Shown here in pieces: positions 56,709 to 64,000 of a stretch of DNA of 64,000 nt. Under the pieces are notes generated by a model, which saw nothing but the letters and a program-made list of their open reading frames with translations, made no database searches and was not told where the DNA came from. This DNA comes from Amphiscolops sp. MND2022 (taxonomy: Eukaryota), in the NCBI GenBank assembly GCA_964187785.1, contig OZ076412.1, forward strand, positions 39,866,001-39,930,000, written 5' to 3'. Every line of letters starts with the position of its first letter. The stretch's first letter is position 1. The position numbers and the translations under genes are program-made.

Positions 56709-57935
56709 TAGGGCAACCAAAAAGGGCAAAAGAGCAAAAGGGGCAAAAAGGGCAGAAATACGGGTTAGGGGCAAAAATTTTAATAAAAGGCAAAAAGGGC
56801 AAAAAGCACTTCAAAATGTCAAAGTATAGGTGAATTGGAAACCCTTTCATGAAAAAAATAGAAAAGTCTCACAATGCAGAAAAAAATTGAAGGGGGACCC
56901 TTTGGGGGTACTTTTTTTCGGAAAAAAATGACCCGCAATGCCGAAAAACTCAAAGGTGGGATCCTTTAGTCTCGCCCGGTATTGTATGTTACGAGGAAAA
57001 AAAGGAAAAACATTTTTGATTCTATTCGCTAGACCAAATGGTTCACTTTGACACCATAAAATTTTGCCGAACTTTTGGGAGAACTATTTTGTTCACTTCA
57101 GGTGTATCGAATTGTTTTTTGAAAATAAAAAAACACTGACGAAAACAGACTAAGGAAACATCAGGCGTCAGTGTCAGCGAGTCTTGGACCTCTCTCGGAT
57201 CGTCGGCAGACTTGGAGCGAACATTTAGCAAACTCAACAAGATGCTTGCCAAGGACCGTAATTTTGATGTTACAAATATCGAGAATTACATTTATTGTAA
57301 CATTTCACTTTGATAAGCGAATTTGACTTTTTTGTTGAATCCTCTTTTTCAAACGCGTGCCGATAAAAGGCAAACAAGACGCCCGCTGAGGAGCGGGATA
57401 TTTTCCGCCCCGAACTGTTCTACAACTACATAAATTTGAGGCTCAAGAATAACTAATGCACTATAAAAACGCTGAGAAGTTCGAAGAAAAGAAAGCTTCG
57501 ATTCATCTTGTCCATTTTTCTAATTCGCGGTGTCTCAAAAAATGGCAAAAATTGCATAAAAATGTTTAAAAATGAGAAATTTGGGAATTTTTGTCATTTT
57601 CGGGGTCATTTTGTCATTAAGGGGTCATTTTGTCATTAAGGGGTCATTTTCGTCATTTTCGTCATTTTTTAAAAAAACTTCAAAAATCTCTACAAATACA
57701 TATCGCACGAAGCTAAATTTATGTGGGTTGAATTCTATGGGTAACACCCTTAAATTTAAATATAAATAAAATCTTGGCAAATTTTGTAAAAAAAAAAAAA
57801 AACCCGTTTGATTTAAATATTTTCCTTTCCCATATGAAATATGGGCGGAAAATAATAAGGGGCAAATTTTAAAATAAAGGGCGGCAAATAAAGGGCAAAA
57901 TTTTAAAAAATAAAGGGCAAATCGCGGTTGCCTTA
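56709..57935. mobile_element. Non-autonomous hAT-type element with nested insertions
   Basis: TIR TAGGGCAACC / GGTTGCCTTA, perfect 8-bp TSD TTTATCAG (56701-56708, 57936-57943), subterminal GGGCAAA repeats. Confidence 0.85.
57373..57854 (-). mobile_element. Helentron/HINE-like element, family 1 copy C (nested in the hAT element)
   Basis: Reverse complement of the family-1 5' and 3' ends; short internal region. Confidence 0.78.
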
Positions 57936-58529
57936 TTTATCAGTAGGTACTCGCTTAGCGAACACTCTCCTGATATTCGGCTGCAAAACTCTTCTTTACA
58001 GATTCTATATTATTCCTACTATCGGTAGAAAATTCAAACGAAGTCAAAACATTGGTTATGTCTCGGTTCAGGGGTGCTTCGCTCCTTCCAGATCGGACTT
58101 CTTCAAAACCAGCTGCTGCACGGATACCGACACGCTGCACTCCCTCGGTAGTGTATTAAGGTAACTATCGGGCTGTGAACGATAAGGTAATTACCGGGCT
58201 GTCCGGTAATGTCCGTTATATAAGCCCTCCCCCTAATTGGTTTGGGTGGAAACCACATTTTTGGGTGTACCTGGCATATACGGGTGAGAACCATCAACAG
58301 TTTCATCTTCCGGATCCTTCAAAAAGAAATCAACAGCAGCATCAAGATCGTCATCGTAAGGGTGAACGGAATAATCATTCACGTCGCAGGCAGCGTTCTA
58401 ACCCTTGTACATGCAAACCACTACATGTAGCCAATGTTAAATAGCTGGGATAACTTAATTTCTAGGTCAATTTTTAGACGCGGCATTTAGGCCCACTCCA
58501 ATTTAATTACCCCTTACTCAAATTTTGAA

Positions 58530-59100
58530 GAAACCGGGAACAGCCCAAGCCGGCACCACGCTCAAGTTCCAAAAAACCAAGTTTTCTAAATATGCAAAGG
58601 ACGCATAAGACTCGAAAACCATTTTCCACTAACTGGAAACAAAAAAAAACTTTATGAAAATTACCTTTGGTCGAAATTTTTCTTCAGAAAATCTCAAAGT
58701 GCCCAAAATAAGGCTTCAAGCTCGCAAAACAGTTTTTCCTAGCCGAAAACATTCAGTGAAAGTAAAGTTATATGAATGCAGGTTTACTTCGACATAATTA
58801 TATTCTAAGTCGCACAGTGCCGAAAATACCGTAGGTCTTATCCACAAATATTGAAAAAACTCTCAACAGTTCCACAGGACCAAAATAAATCAACGATGTC
58901 AACCTTAGAACTCGGAAGTGTTTTCCTTACAGGAACCTAAAAAATCAAAAATTGGAAAAATTCGTTTCTAAAATTTTTCCGACACAAAAATGGCCATTCT
59001 AGGTTTTTTTCGGCACAACGCAACTTACCGAAGTTTTTGAATTTATGCCGGCAAAACGCTGTTCCTCCTAAAAATCAAAAAGGGGTACTTCGGTTGAAAA
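58530..59100 (-). mobile_element. Family-2 repeat, diverged partial copy
   Basis: AAACCGGGAACAGCCCAAGCCGGCACCACGCTCAAG... is similar to 54921 onward; AGTCGCACAGTGCCGAAAA internal motif. The right boundary is approximate. Confidence 0.5.
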
Positions 59101-60444
59101 AACGAGAAAAGGTCGCAGTGTCAGATTCGATCCTCCGCAGAAAAACGCAATTTACTGATATATCATCAAAAGTTTGGATAGTGCTGGGACAAATGGGAGT
59201 GCTTTTGGAACCTCCGCCTCCCTCAGTAAAACGTTAGTTCGGATATAACGTCAAAAATTCGGATTTACCGCAATACTTTCGAACCTCCACCTCCTCTTCA
59301 GTGAAGCGCTTTTCTTCGGATATAATGTCAAAAATTCGAATATAGCGAGTACACAGTAGTCAGTAGTGATATTTCTTAAAGCAAATCTCAAAATCGAATT
59401 TCTCTAACACAGCAGCGTTTTTTGAAAAATGATAAAAGTGAAAGTTTCTTCGATTTTCATCTAGTTTACAAATATGTTTACTTGATGGTTATGCGAAGAA
59501 AATTGTAGACGTTAGGAAAGGCCATTTTAAACCAAATTTAAGTTAAAATTGAGATTTTTCTCACTTTTAGTCAACCTTTGCTTGGAATTTTAGAGAAATT
59601 GTATGTGCAATCGACCCCCCTGATTTAACTGAAGCCCTTGATACGTTTTGATTTAGAAATCATCATAAAATGGTAAAAATACGCTGTAAAATTAGACTTT
59701 CAAAAATACATGTATTAAGATATGATTTCGAACTTTATCAACTTAAAACAAGCTCATATTAATACAATTTAGAATATTTTCCAGAAAAAATATATTGTCA
59801 TATTGTCAGATTCGAAATGTTTGGGAGGATTTTTCTATCTGAATTATTTTGACATCAAAAAATTGTAAGTGGGTCAGAAATTCAAAAAAAACTAAAAATT
59901 GATGTTTTGGAAATTGCTCTCGACCAATGAAATGAGCGCGTGAGACCTTGATCAGCCAAAGATATTTCTTTATTTGCTTTCTTTGCGCGTGCTATGTTGC
60001 TTCTTCTAGAATCACTACTGTAGAAAGGATGTAGGTTAGAAACTCATAGGAAGCTTATAGAAATCTATCAGTTCGCAGGTCGTCAAAAGCCACTGCTATA
60101 GTCTCTTTTCTTCGAAAAGCGTCGACTAAAAATGGGGGAGGGGTTATACGCCGGTTATACAATATTAGCAGATTTTGACTGGTTTTGGCGACTTTGAGGC
60201 AGGCTATTTTAGTTGGAGATTTTAAATTTTTACTCAGGTGTTAAACTGACACCAGTTGCGAGTTACATGGCATTTATTCCTGTTTCAACTTTTCTTTCAA
60301 CTGCTCACTCTGTCAACTCATCGAAGTTAATTTCGATCCAAATTAAATCTGGCTTATTTGAATGCTGCTTACCATGAAAGTCGGCTGACAGAGACGGCGA
60401 ATTTTTTTCAGAGCTACTAAAATTTTGTTTTATGCTCGTTTCAG

Positions 60445-60564
60445 GAACTAAGTGCGGTTTTGAATCACTCAGTGAACTTCTGCTTCTACATGATTGGGAG
60501 CCAAACTTTCAGACATGGCTTCTTCTCTTTATTCCGATCTGCTGAGCCCGGCAAAGCCAATTGA
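60445..60564 (+). CDS. GPCR exon 5 (TM7, helix 8, stop)
   Basis: TTTCAG acceptor; ELSAVLNHSVNFCFYMIGSQTFRHGFFSLFRSAEPGKAN*. The five exons sum to 999 nt (332 aa + stop). Confidence 0.88.
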   Translation, partial: ELSAVLNHSVNFCFYMIGSQTFRHGFFSLFRSAEPGKAN

Positions 60565-61689
60565 AACGATGGGTTCTATAACAATGGCGAACGGGAAACT
60601 GTCGCTACGAGTCATTCGATCAACTGACGACTTTGTCTGAAATCTGACCTGGTTTCAATTAACGTTGATGTTGCAAGTTTCAATAAAATACCAAAAAAAG
60701 TTTAAAGTACAATCATGCATGCTGATTGTATCATGATGATGAATTCCAGAGCATGCTGATTCATGATAATGAATTCAAAAAATCTTCAAGCGACATTTAT
60801 TTTTTGAACAACGGTAATCTCTAAAGTGACAATGGTTTTTTTCTAAGTGAAAGTATCATGAAATAGAAATTTGGATCAGGTGTTTTTCAGCGAAAATGGA
60901 TAGTAATAAAGTCATCTGTTTGTTTCGACATTGGATGTAAAGCGTAGTTTTCGTTTCGTAAAATATCTCGTGAATTCCATTGCTACAGGAAAACAGTTAT
61001 GAAATAACGGGGGAGAACACGTCAAACTGCCAACAAATTTCCAAAACAATTGACTGCTAGCTAAAAAATTTTAGCCTTAAATGGAAGCTATTCGAGAAAC
61101 TTTTACTTCCTCACAACAACCATTTTTATTTAGAGTCTAGGAAAATTCGAAAACTTTGTGGCAGAAAACAAGAACAGAAAATTATCTCAGCCAAATATAG
61201 TACTAACTTTGCGATCGTACTGTATTACGCACAAAACTATGATGACGTATTACACTGAAACCATAAAAACGGGGCCGTTGCAAACTATTATACAACTAAA
61301 AAAAGCTAAACTATGCGTAAAACTAAAAATTTCTCGCATGTTAAGGAAAATCATTCCATTAGCACTTCGCAGATTTATAAGAAGCAATTTTCTGATAGGG
61401 TTACTAACATCCAATTAATAATAATAAACCGGTTAATTTTTGACTACTTTCTCGCCATTCCATTTCGACGAGTTTTCGGCATACCTTTTATTTGAACACG
61501 AATAGTTTCTCAAAGATTCAAGAGATAACTTTAAAACGAACAAGAAATACGAACAGGTTTACTTGACTTGATTCCAATCTACACATACACTATGGTACCA
61601 AAAAGCTAAAGACAGATAATATCACCAGCGAAAACTTTACACAGAGGCGAAGCGGTGCTTCGCAACACATGACGAAGACATCGATTATT

Positions 61690-61777
61690 TTAAAGATAGC
61701 TCTACGTTGTATATATATTAAAGATAGCTCTACGTTGTATATATATTAAAGATAGCTCTACACGTTGTATATATATA
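61690..61777. repeat. 28-bp tandem repeat x3
   Basis: TTAAAGATAGCTCTACGTTGTATATATA at 61690, 61718 and 61746. Confidence 0.9.
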
Positions 61778-61835
61778 AATCGTACATATTCAATCGCATG
61801 CGTATATATTCAACAGTTCAACTTTGTTCAATAAC

Positions 61836-61905
61836 GTCCCTATGGCACAGTGGTCAACGCTTATGCCGTGCAATAGGGAGGCTGCAGGTTCGAATCTCTC
61901 TGGGG
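61836..61905 (+). mobile_element. tRNA-like SINE head / tRNA pseudogene
   Basis: A-box TGGCACAGTGG and B-box GGTTCGAATC, but the anticodon, T and acceptor stems pair poorly. Confidence 0.5.
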
Positions 61906-63052
61906 TTTTGGCTCTTTTCTAAAAGGCGCTCATTATCAAGTTGACTATTGTGGAAAAAAAACTTCTTTAGCTGGACTGCAATGCACATTGACTTCGTCAT
62001 GTGCAAAAAGCACACTATTTTTTAAATTATGCATTTGACAAAAAAGTCACAAGAACAAACGTTTCATGTTTTGATCAAAATATTTTCTGAAATCGAGCAA
62101 AAATTTAGAGTTATCTCACGTTGAAGTTTGGAATTTTTCACGTTTCTCACCTTGGAATTTTTCAAGCTTTATCACGCAACATCTCAGAAGGAAATGGTCA
62201 TAAGAAAAACCTACATCGGTCTGTTTTAAAGCTTTGACACGGTTCTTGAACTTATATTTAGAACACTTTTAAAAATGAGCAGGAACTTAAGCTTATGAGC
62301 AGGAACACCGGTGAATACAACTCTAAGGAGTTCCAATACGACCTGATCTTAAAGCAAATTGTACCTCAGACAATCGGTGAGCGGTAGACACCGCATGACA
62401 AGAAGCATATAACTTTAAGGAGATAATCAAAGAAAATGCCGTATAATTTTGAACTTTTGTCAAGTTTCAAGCTATTTTATTTCTGAGAGTAGGAAAAATA
62501 GTCTAAAATATCATCTTTCAGCGTGCACAAATCTTTGAGAGCGCTTCGCAAGCTATATAATCTAAGTTGGCCTTTTTCGACACTGAGACCAAAATTGAAT
62601 TTCTCAGCATGTGCACTGAGTACGTATGAGTAGTCATGCTATCGCATTCAATTTTCTAACAAGAGCCCCGATTCCAATTGACTTATAAAACATAACACCC
62701 GCTAAGCTCCAGTATATTTTAGCACCGCAGCATGGTAGCAACATACATACAGAAAATCGCTGAAAAAGGCATAAAAATTGAAGCAAAACTGAAATAATTT
62801 CACTAAATTGAGCAGAAACTTCAAAGGTAAAATTTTATACAACTCAGAGGTGGTTTTTCCATTTTAGCATTCAGAACACTTGAAAAACAAACGTTCATAA
62901 ACTAACGGGGTATGACATTTTTCACCTTGGTGACAAATTTTCTTCAAGACCGCAATTTCTTTAAGATGAAATATAAGATGGAGGAAAAGTGGCTTTTGAT
63001 AATAAACTCATCTCGAATACCAATATAGAATTATAATAAATTGCAGCATTGC

Positions 63053-64000
63053 TTACAAAACAATATAACGTCTACTTTTTCTGATCAACAATTCATAGAG
63101 GATAGAAATACAAATAGAGATGACAAACAAAACTGATACGCAATAATATGATGTCGCGTAGCTGCCTGTTTGCTGATACAGCATGCCCATGACAATAATT
63201 ACAGGCAAGTTAGAGCAACCATTAGCCAGACAAAAAAATCCAGCGGCCAGATCTCTCCCAGAAGATACACAATCTTTTATTAGTAGGAAGTCGGAAACGT
63301 TGATGACACCCCCACCGATTCCGATGAAGAAGTAGTAAAACAGTTGATATTCAGGTCCCGAGAAAACATTGCTCAGAACAGTGGATATAGCCAGAGAAAG
63401 TTTGGCCAGTTGACTCATCCGGATAGGGGTCGCAAGGCCTCTGGTTGCCGTGACTCCGACAAGAATGCGGACGACTACTTGAAGACACCCGTTAAGAGCC
63501 AGAGACAAGGGTCCCGAACTGACGCCTCCCTGGAGAAGCCGAATTGGGTGATGAGTCATAAGCCCATCGAATCCGGAACTGCCAATAGCGAAGGACAAAA
63601 GCATACAAACGAAGGGTCCATTCAGAAAGAGACCTTTAAAAAGACCCAAAACAGTCAACTCAGTCGTTTTTTGGAACGTCAATGAAATATTAGGAATTGG
63701 AGCTATTTCTTGCGACACCGCAAAACTTCTGGATGGAAAAAGCGAATCACTGCTGCTGGTTGCATTTGACGAGGACTCATAAGAACGTTCGTTCAACAGC
63801 GGTGCGTGTTCTTGAATCACCTCTTCTTCACTTTCTTTCAATTTTTCTCCACTCGATTTTATAGATAAAATCCTGACGACGTGAGGTGACAAAATAATGG
63901 ATGTGATTATGAGCACAACTAGGAAAGACAGCTGGATCAAGTATACAGTTCTCCAGCCCAAGGGTTTCAAAAACAGTCCAAAAATGAGGCACTCCGGCAA
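63053..64000 (-). CDS. MFS transporter, monocarboxylate (SLC16)-like, 3' part; 5' end outside the window
   Basis: GWRTVY, long central loop, LFLNGPF, six C-terminal hydrophobic helices, GMLYQQTGSYATSYY (the G.L.D.TGSY pattern of MCT-like proteins). Confidence 0.8.
   Translation of the reverse strand: MPECLIFGLFLKPLGWRTVYLIQLSFLVVLIITSIILSPHVVRILSIKSSGEKLKESEEEVIQEHAPLLNERSYESSSNATSSSDSLFPSRSFAVSQEIAPIPNISLTFQKTTELTVLGLFKGLFLNGPFVCMLLSFAIGSSGFDGLMTHHPIRLLQGGVSSGPLSLALNGCLQVVVRILVGVTATRGLATPIRMSQLAKLSLAISTVLSNVFSGPEYQLFYYFFIGIGGGVINVSDFLLIKDCVSSGRDLAAGFFCLANGCSNLPVIIVMGMLYQQTGSYATSYYCVSVLFVISICISILYELLIRKSRRYIVL

Noticed and set aside
57020-57300. GPCR C-terminal exon (KFCRTF...SGVSVSESWTS)
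   Set aside because: Lies inside the TSD-bounded hAT element and has an in-frame stop. The true TM7/helix-8 exon was found at 60445-60564.
57928-58444. Short ORFs including TINSFIF as a candidate TM7
   Set aside because: No suitable acceptor or phase, and superseded by the NHSVNFCFY exon.

Overview
AT-rich invertebrate animal genomic DNA with spliceosomal introns and the standard genetic code; the species cannot be determined from sequence alone. The window is dominated by mobile elements. The centrepiece is a complete 15.36-kb Polinton/Maverick (adintovirus-like endogenous dsDNA virus) at 12947-28304, with AGTAGT...ACTACT termini and a perfect 6-bp TSD (AATATG). It encodes an adenain-like protease, penton, major capsid protein, packaging ATPase, retroviral-type integrase, protein-primed PolB and about 10 accessory ORFs. 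Unusual features of this element are self-folding hairpin ends, TAAATG at 13 of 16 starts, a 10-bp-phased CACTAAG array beside a zinc-finger-fused ATPase, and a duplication-born chimeric ORF. Around it lie two decayed BEL/Pao LTR retrotransposons, a near-intact CR1/L2-type LINE, older LINE remnants, Helentron/HINE-like elements with ~175-bp internal satellites, a hAT-type element with an 8-bp TSD, two CATTA...TAATG elements with 2-bp TSDs, and tRNA-derived repeats. Host genes are a five-exon class A GPCR (46215-60564, 332 aa, probable GC-AG intron) and the 3' part of an MFS/SLC16-like transporter at the right edge. All assignments come from manual motif reading and by-eye alignment; no database searches were run.
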